A stretch of DNA of 64,000 nt, from contig CAVYSY010000027.1 in the NCBI GenBank assembly GCA_963771175.1, positions 1 to 64,000 of the forward strand. Direction: 5' to 3'. The DNA comes from an uncultured delta proteobacterium. GTDB taxonomy: Bacteria > Myxococcota > Myxococcia > Myxococcales > Myxococcaceae. A program made the translations under genes and the position numbers. The notes beneath the pieces were generated by a model. It was not told the origin of the DNA, did no database searches, and worked only from the letters and a program-made list of their open reading frames with translations. Shown in pieces: positions 10,930-21,156 of this stretch; position 1 is the stretch's first letter; every line of letters starts with the position of its first letter.

Positions 10930-11694
10930 TTGATTCACAACGTCTTCACGCTCCTGTCCCTCCTGCCGCGGGGCCCTCGCCGGGCCGCCGTCCGCAAGCT
11001 GATGGACACCGTCTGGGACCTCCGCACTACCCTGGAGATGAGCGGGCGGGAGAACCTCCCCGAAGACCCCTGCCTCTTCATCTGCAACCACCTGTCCAAC
11101 GCGGATGGGTTCACGCTCGACCGCGCCCTGCGGCCCCGCCGGGTCTGCTTCCTGGCCGGCATCAAGCTCCAGGGCACCGTGATGACCCGGCTCGGCACCG
11201 AGGCGGTGGACACCATCTTCATCCGCCCCAACTCGCCGGACATCGAGCCCCTCAAGCGCGCCGTGGAGACGCTCAAGGGAGGCAACTCCGTCCTCATCTT
11301 CCCCGAGGGCAGTCGCAGCCGGACAGGTGCGCTCCTCCAGGCCAAGAAGGGCGTCGCCCTCATCGCCAAACGGGCGGGCGTCCCCATCGTCCCCGTGGCC
11401 CTCACGGGGACCGAGCGGTTCATGCCCATCAATGACCAGGACATGGGCCGGGAGAAGGTGCGCCGGGCCCACCTCACCGTCCGCGTCGGCAAGCCCTTCC
11501 GCATCGAGGACCTCGAGCCCGAGACCGCCGGAGCCGAGGACACGCGCCAGGCCCTCACCGACGCGATGATGCGGCGCGTGGCGGAGCTGCTCCCCCCCGA
11601 GTACCGCGGCGTCTACGCCGCCCCCAAGCCCGGCGCCGACGTGAAGGAGTCGTCCCCCCCGGATGCGGGGGCCCCCTCGGAGCCCGGCCCCTGA
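10930..11694 (+). CDS. plsC: Lysophospholipid (1-acyl-sn-glycerol-3-phosphate) acyltransferase
   Basis: CNHLSNAD (NHxxxxD) and IFPEGSRS motifs. Confidence 0.88.
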   Translation: MIHNVFTLLSLLPRGPRRAAVRKLMDTVWDLRTTLEMSGRENLPEDPCLFICNHLSNADGFTLDRALRPRRVCFLAGIKLQGTVMTRLGTEAVDTIFIRPNSPDIEPLKRAVETLKGGNSVLIFPEGSRSRTGALLQAKKGVALIAKRAGVPIVPVALTGTERFMPINDQDMGREKVRRAHLTVRVGKPFRIEDLEPETAGAEDTRQALTDAMMRRVAELLPPEYRGVYAAPKPGADVKESSPPDAGAPSEPGP

Positions 11695-11712
11695 GCCCGC
11701 ACCGACGGGCCA

Positions 11713-13347
11713 CTACGGCTGGGCGCTCGTCCCGCTCGGAGTGAGGCTCATGGGCGGAAGGTAGAGCCCCACGCGCTCGCGGCGCCACCACTCCCCCGTG
11801 CGCCGGTGCGTCTCCAGGTCCGTCATCCGGTAGTCGTAGAGGACGGCGCGCAGGTAGCGCGGCGGGTGCTCCGGGAAGGGATTGTGCGCGAAGAGCTTCA
11901 GCACGTCCGGCGAGCCCTCGAACAGCCGCAGCATCAGGGCCAACAACCACGAGGGCGGCGAGCCCAGGGCCGCGAACCACATCTGCCAGTCCAGCCGGGG
12001 CTGGTGCGGGGCCACCAGCCTCGGCGCCCGGCTCGGGTCGCTCACCTTGTAGCGGAAGGTGTACTCCCGCCACGTCTGGCCGTCGTCCGAGCCCTCGATG
12101 GCGATCTCCGGCCGGCGCACCGTCATCACCGCGAAGAGGCCATAGGGATTCACGATGCGCAGCGGGCGCGCCTGCCCCTCCAGCCAACCCAGCCACCGGG
12201 GCGGGTTGCGGGGACGCTCGAAGCGGGCCAGGATTTCATTCGCGCCGAGGACGAGCAGCGGCGCGGCGGGAAGCCACGCCCCCACGGTGCGCCACACCGG
12301 CCGGGGCTCGGCGGGCGGCGGATGCGAGCGCGGCAGGAAGCGCCGCAGGGACTCGTCATCCAGCAGCCACAGGCCCAGCACCAGCGACTGCACGTTGAAG
12401 AAGCCGTAGTTGCCGGTGGCCATGATGAGCCCCTGCAGCCCGGAGAAGAACCAGAAGGACAGAAGCCGCACCCGCCTCGGGGCGAAGGTGAGGAATGGGG
12501 CCACCGTCTCCACCACCAGCGTCGACAGCGTGGAGAGCTTCTGCAGCTTCACCGGCAGGTGGTGCGCGTACCAGCCCCCCTTCGTGGGGAGCGGCGCCGT
12601 CTCGTAGTAGTAGCTGTGCGCGGTGAGCTTGCGCCACGTCTCGTCGCCGGACTTCAGCTTGGCCACTCCGGCGCCGAAGTAGAGGCGGAAGAAGAGCGCG
12701 CGCCACAGCGCCACCTGCGCCGCGGACGGCTCGTGACGGCCCGCCCCCGGCCTCAGCCCCGCCGGCGCGGTGAGGAGGCCGAGCAGCCCCATCTCCGTCA
12801 GCAACACGTCCCACTGGAAGGAGAGGAACTCGCGCCCCGCCGCCGTATAGGAGAGGTAGAGGGCCCACAGCGCCGTCAGCGAGACCTGCGGCGCGAGGCC
12901 CAGCATCACCGCCACGGACAGCGCCTGCCCCGCGCGAGTGCCGCGCACCAGCGTCTCGTCCGACGCGTCCAGCCAGAAGAGCGAGGGCACCAGGTGGTAG
13001 CGCTCGCGCCCCAGCGACGCCAGCCGCTTCGAGGCGAACAGCTCCCGCATGGGCAGGATGCCGCGCGAGCCGTACAGCCCTCGCACCTGCCGCCCCAGCG
13101 ACGTGAAGGCGATGAAATAGACGCCGCCCAGCGCCCGGAGGAACACCTGGCGCACGAGCCGGTGATGCGGCGGCGCCACGCGCCCCAACCGCTTCCAGCT
13201 CGGGACGCCGAGGTCGGCCACCACCCGCGCCGCCTGGACGAGTCCCTGGAGATTCCCTCGCCGCGCTCGCCTTCGCGAACGCCGGGAGGGCGAGTAGCCG
13301 AGCATCCGGAAGACGGCCTCGGCGCCCTTGGAGCTGACACCGCGCAT
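11713..13347 (-). CDS. Lipase maturation factor (LMF1) family protein
   Basis: FLSFQWDVLL, YYETAPLP, TGNYGFFN, YGLFAVMT, PHQPRLDWQMWFAAL; GAGGAG RBS upstream of the ATG at 13347. Confidence 0.9.
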   Translation of the reverse strand: MRGVSSKGAEAVFRMLGYSPSRRSRRRARRGNLQGLVQAARVVADLGVPSWKRLGRVAPPHHRLVRQVFLRALGGVYFIAFTSLGRQVRGLYGSRGILPMRELFASKRLASLGRERYHLVPSLFWLDASDETLVRGTRAGQALSVAVMLGLAPQVSLTALWALYLSYTAAGREFLSFQWDVLLTEMGLLGLLTAPAGLRPGAGRHEPSAAQVALWRALFFRLYFGAGVAKLKSGDETWRKLTAHSYYYETAPLPTKGGWYAHHLPVKLQKLSTLSTLVVETVAPFLTFAPRRVRLLSFWFFSGLQGLIMATGNYGFFNVQSLVLGLWLLDDESLRRFLPRSHPPPAEPRPVWRTVGAWLPAAPLLVLGANEILARFERPRNPPRWLGWLEGQARPLRIVNPYGLFAVMTVRRPEIAIEGSDDGQTWREYTFRYKVSDPSRAPRLVAPHQPRLDWQMWFAALGSPPSWLLALMLRLFEGSPDVLKLFAHNPFPEHPPRYLRAVLYDYRMTDLETHRRTGEWWRRERVGLYLPPMSLTPSGTSAQP

Positions 13348-13479
13348 GGGGCTCCTCCTCATCTCCTCGAAGCTGGGAGCGCCCCTGGCCCGATGCCGGG
13401 AGGGGCCCGCCCCTCGCCTCGGAAGGGCCCGAGCGGCCGGGCTCCATGCTCCCCGGGGATGGGTGCCTAGCTTTGCCGC

Positions 13480-14133
13480 ATGAGCGAGCCCAAGGAACGA
13501 GCCCACCGGACGGAGGAGGTCATCCCCGGCGTCCACCGCTGGTTCGTCAAGGATGACCGCATCGGCGGCGGGGAGAGCGATGCCTACGCGGTGGTGGCCG
13601 AGGACGGAGCCGTCACCCTCATCGACCCACTGCCCATCGACGAGAAGGCACTGCGCAAGCTGGGCCGGGTAGAGGCCATCGTGCTCACCGCCGGCAACCA
13701 CCAGCGCTCAGCGTGGCGCTTCCGCAAGCTGTTCGGCGCTCCCGTGTGGGCGCCTCGGGACGCCTACGGGCTGGAGGACACACCGGACGCCACCTATGGC
13801 GGTGGCGACAACCTCCCGGGCGGCCTCGTGGCCTACCACACGCCCGGCCCCGTCGAGTCCATGCACGCCCTCTGGCTGGAGCGCCCCCGGAGCGTCATCT
13901 TCCTCTCGGACCTCCTCACCCACGCCAAGAGGGGCACGCCGCGCTTCGTGGAGAGCGAGTACCAGGACGACCCCGGGCGCACCCGGACGAGCATCCAGCG
14001 CATCCTCGACCACCTGCCGCTGGAGGTGCTCTGCTTCGCGCACGGCGGCCCCATCCTGCGGGACGGCGCTTCCGCGCTCCGGCGCGCCCTGGACGAGGAC
14101 ACCGAGGCCCCCGCCCCCTCCGAGCCCCTGTAG
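13480..14133 (+). CDS. MBL-fold hydrolase-like protein
   Basis: LIDP, LTAGNHQR, HTPG, SD and CFAHG motifs. Confidence 0.7.
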   Translation: MSEPKERAHRTEEVIPGVHRWFVKDDRIGGGESDAYAVVAEDGAVTLIDPLPIDEKALRKLGRVEAIVLTAGNHQRSAWRFRKLFGAPVWAPRDAYGLEDTPDATYGGGDNLPGGLVAYHTPGPVESMHALWLERPRSVIFLSDLLTHAKRGTPRFVESEYQDDPGRTRTSIQRILDHLPLEVLCFAHGGPILRDGASALRRALDEDTEAPAPSEPL

Positions 14134-14140
14134 CCCCGCG

Positions 14141-14872
14141 CTACTTCGCGCCCACTGCGTCCAGGCGGCAGCTCACCGCCAGGGACAGCACCACCTCGTC
14201 CACGGACACCGTCTGCTGCTTCACCTCGCCGGGTGGCTCACAACCCACCACCTGGAGCGGGGAGCGCTCGGACTGGGCCAGGGCCATGAAGCCCCGCGCA
14301 CGCTCCACCCAGCGCTTCGTCAGCTCGGTGCGGTGCGCCTCCGGGTCCCTCACCTGGGCATCGGGGAAACCGAACGTCACGCGCAGCCCCGTGTTCGCCT
14401 TCTCCGCGGCCGCGGCCTGCTCTCCTCCCATCCGCGTCAGCGTGGCCACCAGCGCCGCGCGGCCCCAGAAGTCCAGCGACTCGGGCAGGGACACCTCCAG
14501 CACACCGTGCGCCATCGCCTCGGTGCCACTGCGCTTGCCGTACTCCCGCTCGAAGCCCCGCATCCTCACCGAGACCTCCGCCTTGCTGGCCTTCGCGGCC
14601 TCGGTCGCGGCGCGCACGTACTGGTCCACCGCCGCCTTCAGCTTCGGCAACGCCTGCTCCAGCCCCTCCGTCTCCTGGCGGATGGCGAACGACATGACCA
14701 ACACGTCCGGGCGCACCTTCATCCCCTCTTCCACCGTCGGGGTCGGGGGGAGGGTGTCGTCCGACTTGTAGGACGAGGCCACCGCCGAGGAGGACATGGA
14801 GCCACGGCCGCACGAGGTCCACAGACAGACGAGCACGACACAGCCGGGAAAGACGAGGTGACGCAGGGACAT
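14141..14872 (-). CDS. Hypothetical lipoprotein (SIMPL-like), paralog 1
   Basis: Lipobox-like LWTSC; VRPDVLVMSF motif; colinear with the divergent gene at 14960. Confidence 0.6.
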   Translation of the reverse strand: MSLRHLVFPGCVVLVCLWTSCGRGSMSSSAVASSYKSDDTLPPTPTVEEGMKVRPDVLVMSFAIRQETEGLEQALPKLKAAVDQYVRAATEAAKASKAEVSVRMRGFEREYGKRSGTEAMAHGVLEVSLPESLDFWGRAALVATLTRMGGEQAAAAEKANTGLRVTFGFPDAQVRDPEAHRTELTKRWVERARGFMALAQSERSPLQVVGCEPPGEVKQQTVSVDEVVLSLAVSCRLDAVGAK

Positions 14873-14959
14873 GGATGAGGCTCCAGGTGACAAGAACGGC
14901 GACCCAGTGGACTGGGCTCGTGCCGCGCAGATTGCCAGCGGGTAGGCTCGCCGTCCGCC

Positions 14960-15655
14960 ATGTCCTTGTCCTACAAAGAGAAATACTCCGGCTCCCGCGA
15001 GCTGCCCCCCGTCCGGGCCGAGCTCGTCGTGCGTCCGGACCTGCTCCGCGTGTCCTTCTCCGTCTCCCTCGAAGCGGAGGGCATCGAGCAGGGACTGCCC
15101 CTCCTCCAGCGCGCGTGCGAACAGCTCCAGCGCCGGGTCCGTGAGGCCGTCTCGGCCGAGGTGCTGCTCCGGCCACGCGACACGCGCTTCAATCGCGCCG
15201 CGCCGAAGAAGCTGTCGCTCCCCGAGGACGATGACCGGACCTTCATCGCCGTGGACGGGACGCTGGAGGTGCCGCTCCCCGAGGGGCTCGACTTCTGGGC
15301 GCGCGGCAGCCGCGTGGGTGCACTGGTGCGCATGTGCCACGAGGTGGAGCGCGACACCCGTGAGGAGAAGAAGCGCCCCCGCTTCAGCTTCGGCACAGTG
15401 GAGGCCCTCGTCGCGAAGCCCGAGGCCCACCGTGAGGAGCTGCTCCGCCGCTTCGTCGCGCGGGTGCGGGAGCTCGCCGCCGCCGCGGGCTCGCCGGAAG
15501 CTCCCCTCCGGGCGGTGGACTGCTCCGTGCCCGGTCCGGTGGAGCAGTCGCCCGTGTCCCTCGAGGAGGTGGGCCTGGCGCTGCACGTGGCCTGCCGGCT
15601 CGACGTGGTACGCGGCGGTGGAGCCCGAGACGACGAGGGACTCCCCTCCCCTGAC
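14960..15655 (+). CDS. Hypothetical protein (SIMPL-like), paralog 2; stop probably displaced by an indel
   Basis: Shares VRPD, LDFW, PEAHR and CRLD blocks with paralog 1; homology ends at ~15610. Confidence 0.6.
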
Positions 15656-15661
15656 CTTCGC

Positions 15662-16939
15662 TCACTCCATGCGGAGCACGGCCACGTCGGGCTCGGGCTT
15701 CTTCGCCGGGGCCCGCACCACGGCGAGCACTCCGTTCTTCACCGCGCACGTGGCCTCCTGGGGAGGCACCACGCGCACCGGGTTGAGCGTCTCGGGCCGG
15801 CCGAACTTCACCGCGCTGGTGGCGAGCATCAGCTCCTGCTTCTTACCGCTGTCGCTGTCGCTGTAGACGACGCTGATGCCCTTGAAGGGCGTGGGCAGCT
15901 TCACCTTCAGCCGGTAGCCCTTCTTGTCGGGCATCTCGGCGCGCTCCACCTGCAGCGTCTGCTTGGGCGAGCCGAAGGCGGGGAACACCTGGCCATCGAC
16001 GAGGCGGAGGCCCCACTGCGAGGGCTTCTGCTCGTTGGTGGGCTTGCCACAGCCGGTGAGCTCCTGGGGCGCCTGCGGGGCCAGCCACAGCTCGATGTGG
16101 TCATCGTTGAGCCACTTCGCGCTCGGGCCCGTCCACTTGTCGTCCCGCACCTCGACGAGCAGCGTGTCCGGCGCCACCAGCAGCGCCTTCAGCCCCGCGT
16201 CCTTCGGGTCGTCCTGGTTGCCCAGCAGGAAGTTGCCCGCCTCGAAGCCGCACTCGCCGAGCCCCGCCTGCTTCCACCCCTCCTGGAGGAATGCCTTGTC
16301 CACCTGCACCTGGGGCAGGTACGGCAGGCTCCTCTCCCCGAGGGAGGGCTCCCCCGGCTCGCACTCGGGGGCGGAGCGGGTCACATCGCCGCGCAGCGCC
16401 TCGAAGTCCCAGAACTCGCCGTCCTCCTTCGTCTCTCCGTTCATGGAGACAGAGGCGGTGCGCAGGGTCTCGCTCGTCAACCGCAGGGAGGAGAGCTGCA
16501 GCGTGCGCGCGGTGGTCCACCGCTCCCGGCTGCCCCCCGTCTGCTCGTGGGTGAAGAAGTCGTCGCTCACCGTCACCGTGTCCTGGCCCACGCCCGCGGC
16601 GCCGTAGCCGTCATTGCACACGGACACCAGGAGCTGGGCGGGCTGCGAGGGGCGCACCAGCCACCACTCGGCGGCCTCGCACTGGCCCTCCGCCCGCGAG
16701 CCATCCGCCTTCCGCCCGCCCGGCCCGAACCTGCGCCCGAGGGACTGGCTCGCCGTATCGATCTCCGCCCACCCGAGCGACAGGTGCTTCACCTGTTGGG
16801 AGCGGCCCTGTGCGTCCTTGCCCGCGTCGAGCGTCTCCACGACGCGGCAGGGCTCGCGCTTCGCGCACAGCGGGTCCGAGGAAGAAGCGGGCGGAGCGCC
16901 CAGCAGAGACAGCAGCAGCACGGTACTGGTAGCGTTCAT
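15662..16939 (-). CDS. Secreted hypothetical protein
   Basis: Signal-like MNATSTVLLLSLLGA; natural amino-acid composition; GC-rich third codon positions. Confidence 0.75.
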   Translation of the reverse strand: MNATSTVLLLSLLGAPPASSSDPLCAKREPCRVVETLDAGKDAQGRSQQVKHLSLGWAEIDTASQSLGRRFGPGGRKADGSRAEGQCEAAEWWLVRPSQPAQLLVSVCNDGYGAAGVGQDTVTVSDDFFTHEQTGGSRERWTTARTLQLSSLRLTSETLRTASVSMNGETKEDGEFWDFEALRGDVTRSAPECEPGEPSLGERSLPYLPQVQVDKAFLQEGWKQAGLGECGFEAGNFLLGNQDDPKDAGLKALLVAPDTLLVEVRDDKWTGPSAKWLNDDHIELWLAPQAPQELTGCGKPTNEQKPSQWGLRLVDGQVFPAFGSPKQTLQVERAEMPDKKGYRLKVKLPTPFKGISVVYSDSDSGKKQELMLATSAVKFGRPETLNPVRVVPPQEATCAVKNGVLAVVRAPAKKPEPDVAVLRME

Positions 16940-16964
16940 GGGGCGCAGCTTGCACCAGCCAGAC

Positions 16965-17429
16965 ATGTCCTCCAACGCCCCCTTCGTCTCCCAAGTCCCC
17001 TATGAAGCCAGCCACCCACACGTGCTCGCCATCTATTGTTCGGATGGGCGCTTCACGGACGCGGTGGAGGACCTCGCCCAACACCTGGGGCACGAGCGCA
17101 TCGACACGCTGACGCTCCCCGGAGGCCCCGGGCTGCTCAACCGGTGGTCGGCCGACTACCTGGAGAGCGACATGGTGACGCGCGCGGCGCACTTCCTCAT
17201 CCGCGGCCACCACATCACCGAGGTGCTCCTGCTGGCCCACGCCGGCTGCGGCTACTACCAGACCCGCCACGGCGCGTTCGGCCCGGACTTCATCGCCGAG
17301 CAGCAGCTCACGGACCTGCGCACCGCCGCCGAGGAGCTGCGCAAGGCGCACCCCGGCCTCACCGTGCACCTCTACTTCGTCCGGCCGCATGGCTCGAGCA
17401 TCCACTTCGAGCCCGTGCCGGCCTCCTGA
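16965..17429 (+). CDS. Beta-carbonic-anhydrase-like protein
   Basis: CSDGRF and HAGCGYY zinc-ligand motifs. Confidence 0.7.
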   Translation: MSSNAPFVSQVPYEASHPHVLAIYCSDGRFTDAVEDLAQHLGHERIDTLTLPGGPGLLNRWSADYLESDMVTRAAHFLIRGHHITEVLLLAHAGCGYYQTRHGAFGPDFIAEQQLTDLRTAAEELRKAHPGLTVHLYFVRPHGSSIHFEPVPAS

Positions 17430-17478
17430 GCCCCCTGCGACCATCGCGCCCTCTTCCTCCAAGAGCTATCCTGGACAC

Positions 17479-18099
17479 ATGTTCCTCAAGGACGTCGAGA
17501 CGCACGAGGGGACCGGCCACTACGCGGAGCTCATCCGCCGCAGCCGGGGACAGGGCATGCCTCCCTCGGGACTCTGGCACCTGTTCGCGTTCAAGCCGGA
17601 GATGGCGAACGCGCTGTCCCAGTTCACCCAGGCGGTGATGCGCGGCCCCTCGCCGCTGCCACCCGGGATGCGCGAGCTGATCGCCGCCTTCACATCGCGG
17701 CGCAACCAGTGTGTGTTTTGAACGGACTCCCACGCCGCGGTCGCGGCGAAGCTGCTGGGAGACGAGCAGAAGGTCCAGGCCGTCCTGGATGACCCTCGCA
17801 CCGCCCCCATCCCGGAGGCCGAGAAGGTGCTGTTCTCCTTCCTGGAGAAGGTCAACCGGGAGTCGGAACACATCGCCCAGGAGGATGTGGACGCAGTGAA
17901 GGCGGCGGGCTGGTCGGACGAGGCCCTCTACGACGCCATCACCGTCTGCGCCTTGTTCAACTTCTACAACCGGTGGGCAGATGCCACGGGTGTGCGCGAG
18001 CACCCGGTGGAGGTCTACCAACGGAGCGCCGAGCGACTCGCCCATGGGGGCTATGTGCCTCCCCCCCCGGCGAGCCCCCCGCCCGACAAGGACCGCTAG
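17479..18099 (+). CDS. AhpD/CMD-family peroxidase-related selenoprotein (Sec81, CxxU)
   Basis: ORFs 17479-17721 and 17722-18099 share a frame and are separated only by TGA at 17719-21, giving RELIAAFTSRRNQCVF-U-TDSH; downstream AGWSDEALYD..FNFYNRW. Confidence 0.85.
17722..17760 (+). promoter_or_regulatory. Bacterial SECIS-like hairpin
   Basis: CGCCGC (17733-38) pairs with GCGGCG (17743-48) around a GGUC loop 18 nt after UGA; TCCCA (17728-32) can pair with TGGGA (17756-60). Confidence 0.7.
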
Positions 18100-19025
18100 G
18101 CGGGCTGCTCACGCACCCGGCGCTCCTTGCGGCCCTTCTCGCCGGGACTCACCGTCGAGCGGACCACGACGACCTTGTTGAGCACGTCGAACCAGAAGGG
18201 CGAGCCGAGGGAGACCGCGAGGCCCGTCAGCACGAGCCCGAGCACCTTGAGGACCCACCCCATGAAGGTGGTCGGCGGCCGACGGATGTCCGCGAGCGGG
18301 GCCTCGGACGTGTCCGCACCGGAGCTCCAGCCCAGCGGCAACCCGAGGTTCCCGAGCACCTTCACCTGCTCCTCGAGCCGCTCCTCCGCCGACCCCGCGT
18401 CCGAGCCGGGCAGCACCCCGGTCCGCTGCTGGTCCTCGGCGGCGGCCACCAGGGCGGCACGCACGGCACTGTCCCGCGAGAGCTGGTTGACGACCTGGAT
18501 GGTGTCGATGTTGTACGCGGCGGCGAACACCAGACCGATGCAGAAGACGATGACCTGAGTCCGGCGCTTGTACCAGCCGGAGACCCGCTCCATCGAGGCG
18601 TTGAACCAGTCCGCGATGCCCGTCTGGAGTCTGGCGAGATCCCCATCGGCGGAAGCGATCAGCGCCTGGAGCGCCTCCTTGAGACGCGCGGCCTGCGGGG
18701 GCAGCGACTGGACCTTCCGCTCGAGGTCCTCCACCGAGCCCCGGGCACCCCGGTGCAGCACTCCCTCCAGCAGGGCGACCACGAACGTGCGCGTGGGGAT
18801 ATAGGAAGGCCGCCGGCCCCCTTCCTTGTAGAGCGCCTGGATGAGCGCGTGCGCGTAGAAGTCCTTGGCGCCCTGGTCTCCGAGCAGGCCCACGAGGGTC
18901 TCCTGGAGCGCCTTCGCTCGCTTCTTGATGACAATCTCGATTGCCTCCACCGCCGCCGAGCAGATGAGACTCAGCATCAAGAAGATGAAGGTGACGCCCA
19001 GCAAGACATTCAACATCTCGAGCAT
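18096..19025 (-). CDS. Hypothetical membrane protein
   Basis: Three hydrophobic segments; WFNASMERVSGWYKR and LGSPFWFDVLNK blocks. Confidence 0.75.
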   Translation of the reverse strand: MLEMLNVLLGVTFIFLMLSLICSAAVEAIEIVIKKRAKALQETLVGLLGDQGAKDFYAHALIQALYKEGGRRPSYIPTRTFVVALLEGVLHRGARGSVEDLERKVQSLPPQAARLKEALQALIASADGDLARLQTGIADWFNASMERVSGWYKRRTQVIVFCIGLVFAAAYNIDTIQVVNQLSRDSAVRAALVAAAEDQQRTGVLPGSDAGSAEERLEEQVKVLGNLGLPLGWSSGADTSEAPLADIRRPPTTFMGWVLKVLGLVLTGLAVSLGSPFWFDVLNKVVVVRSTVSPGEKGRKERRVREQPA

Positions 19026-19273
19026 GGCCTGTTCCCCCAGGGATGGAGTCCCCAGGAGCCAATGTGTCGACTCGTGAGGCGTCCGCCCCGGACAAAGCAG
19101 CCTGTCCGCTCGGACGACGAGCCTGCCCACGACCCAGACGGGCGCGCCGGGGATGCGCCCCCCGCTGACAACTCCCCGGAATCACGAGACCTGCCGCCCC
19201 GAGGGTGGGCCGGGTCCGAGGGTTGGATTCCGGGGTCTGGATTCGGGACGACAGGCCATGCCAAGACGGGGGC

Positions 19274-21063
19274 ATGTCCTTCCTGCAGCAGGCCCTCATC
19301 TTCCTCGCGGCCGCGGTGGTGTCCGTCCCCATCTTCAAGCGGCTCGGGCTGGGCTCGGTGCTGGGCTACCTCGCGGCGGGCATGGTGATCGGCCCGTGGG
19401 GCGCGGGGTTCATCTCGGACGTGGAGAGCATCCTCCACTTCGCCGAGCTCGGCGTGGTGCTGCTGCTCTTCCTCATCGGGCTGGAGCTGCAGCCCTCGCG
19501 CCTGTGGGAGCTGCGCCGCGTCGGTGTTCGGCCTGGGTGGGCTGCAGGTGGTCGGCACGGGCGCTGGTGCTGGCGGCGGTGGGACTGCTGCTCGGGCTGC
19601 GGCTGCCCACCGCGCTCGTCGCCGGGCTGGGGCTGTCGCTGTCCTCCACGGCCTTCGCGCTCCAGCTGCTGGCGGAGAAGAACGAGCTGACCACCGAGCA
19701 CGGCCGGGCCTCCTTCGGCATCCTGCTGTTCCAGGACCTGGCCGTCATCCCGCTGCTGGCGCTGCTGCCCTTCCTCGGCGAGCCCACGGCACAGGCCGTC
19801 GACCGAGCCCGGGTGGGTGTCGGCCCTCAAGGTGGTGGGCGTGCTGGCGGGAGTGGTGCTGGCGAGGCCGCTACGTGCTGCGGCCCGTCTTCCGCGTCGT
19901 GGCCTCGCTGCACAGCCAGGAGCTGTTCACCGCCACGGCGCTGCTGCTGGTGGTGGGCACCGCGCTGCTGGTGAGCCAGGTGGGGCTGTCCATGGCGCTG
20001 GGCGCCTTCCTCGCCGGCGTGCTGCTGGCGGACTCGGAGTACCGCCACGAGCTGGAGGCCGACATCGAGCCCTTCAAGGGCCTGCTGCTGGGCCTCTTCT
20101 TCATCGCGGTGGGCATGTCGGTGAACGTCGGCCTGCTGGCCGAGCGGCCCGCTGCGCGTGGTGGCGCTGGTGCTCGGGCTGGTGCGCTCAAGGCGCTGGT
20201 GCTCTTCGCCCTGGGCCGGTGGGCCTTCAAGAGCAACGAGCCGGCGCTGAGCATGGCGGTGGTCATCTCCCAGGGCGGCGAGTTCGCCTTCGTGCTCTTC
20301 GGGCTCGCGGTGGGCTTCCGGGTGATGGACAGGGAGCTGGCGGACCTGCTGGTGGTGGTGGTGAGCCTCTCCATGGCCGTCACCCCGGTGCTCTTCCTGC
20401 GTCCATGCCCGGTTCGTGCGGCCCCGCTTCGCAGAAGGCGGCGAAGCGCGAGTTCGACGTGGCTCCCCGAGGAGGAGCACCCGGTCATCATCGCGGGCTT
20501 CGGGCGGGTGGGGCAGGTGGTGGGCCGCGTGCTGCGCGCCAAGCGCATCGGCTTCACCGCCCTGGACGCCAGCCCCGAGCACATCGACTTCCTCAAGCGC
20601 TTCGGCAACCAAGATTTACTACGGGGACGCCTCGCGGCTGGACCTGCTGCGGGCGGCGCGCGCGGAGCAAGGCGAAGGTGTTCGTGCTGGCCATCGACGA
20701 CGTGGAGGCGTCGATGCGGACGGCCGAGACGGTGCGCCAGCACTTCCCCCACCTCACCATCTTCGCGCGCGCGCGCAACCGGCAGCACGCCTACCGGCTG
20801 CTGAACCTGGGCATCACGCACGTCATGCGCGAGACCTACGCCGGCAGCCTCGAGATGACGGGGGAGGTCCTCCAGGAGCTGGGGCTCACCTGCTCGGAGG
20901 CAGCAAGGCCGCGATGGAGCGCTTCCGGCAGCACGACGAGGCGCTGCTGCTGTCCACCTACAAGCACCACGGGGACGTGAAGAAGCTCACCGAGATAGCC
21001 ATCAAGGCGCGCGAGGAGTTGGAGGAGCTCTTCGAGCAGGATGAGCAGAAGAAGACCGGCTGA
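19274..21063 (+). CDS. kefC: Glutathione-regulated K+/H+ antiporter KefB/KefC (CPA2), many frameshifts
   Basis: [83 protein letters not shown]. Confidence 0.88.
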
Positions 21064-21156
21064 GCGCCTGCCCAGGCCGCCCTCCGGTGGGGTGCGCAGC
21101 AGGGGCCTCGGCCTGTTGACACAGGGGGTCCCGCTCCGGAAATAGCCCCGGACACC

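Noticed and set aside
14960..17005. 681-aa ORF
   Set aside because: Beyond ~15650 it is antisense to the real gene at 15662-16939, and paralog homology ends at ~15610.
19274..21063. kefC as a pseudogene or programmed frameshift site
   Set aside because: Dense single-base indels with intact motifs also affect the acyl-CoA ligase (47240-49077) and many other genes. Sequencing error explains this better.
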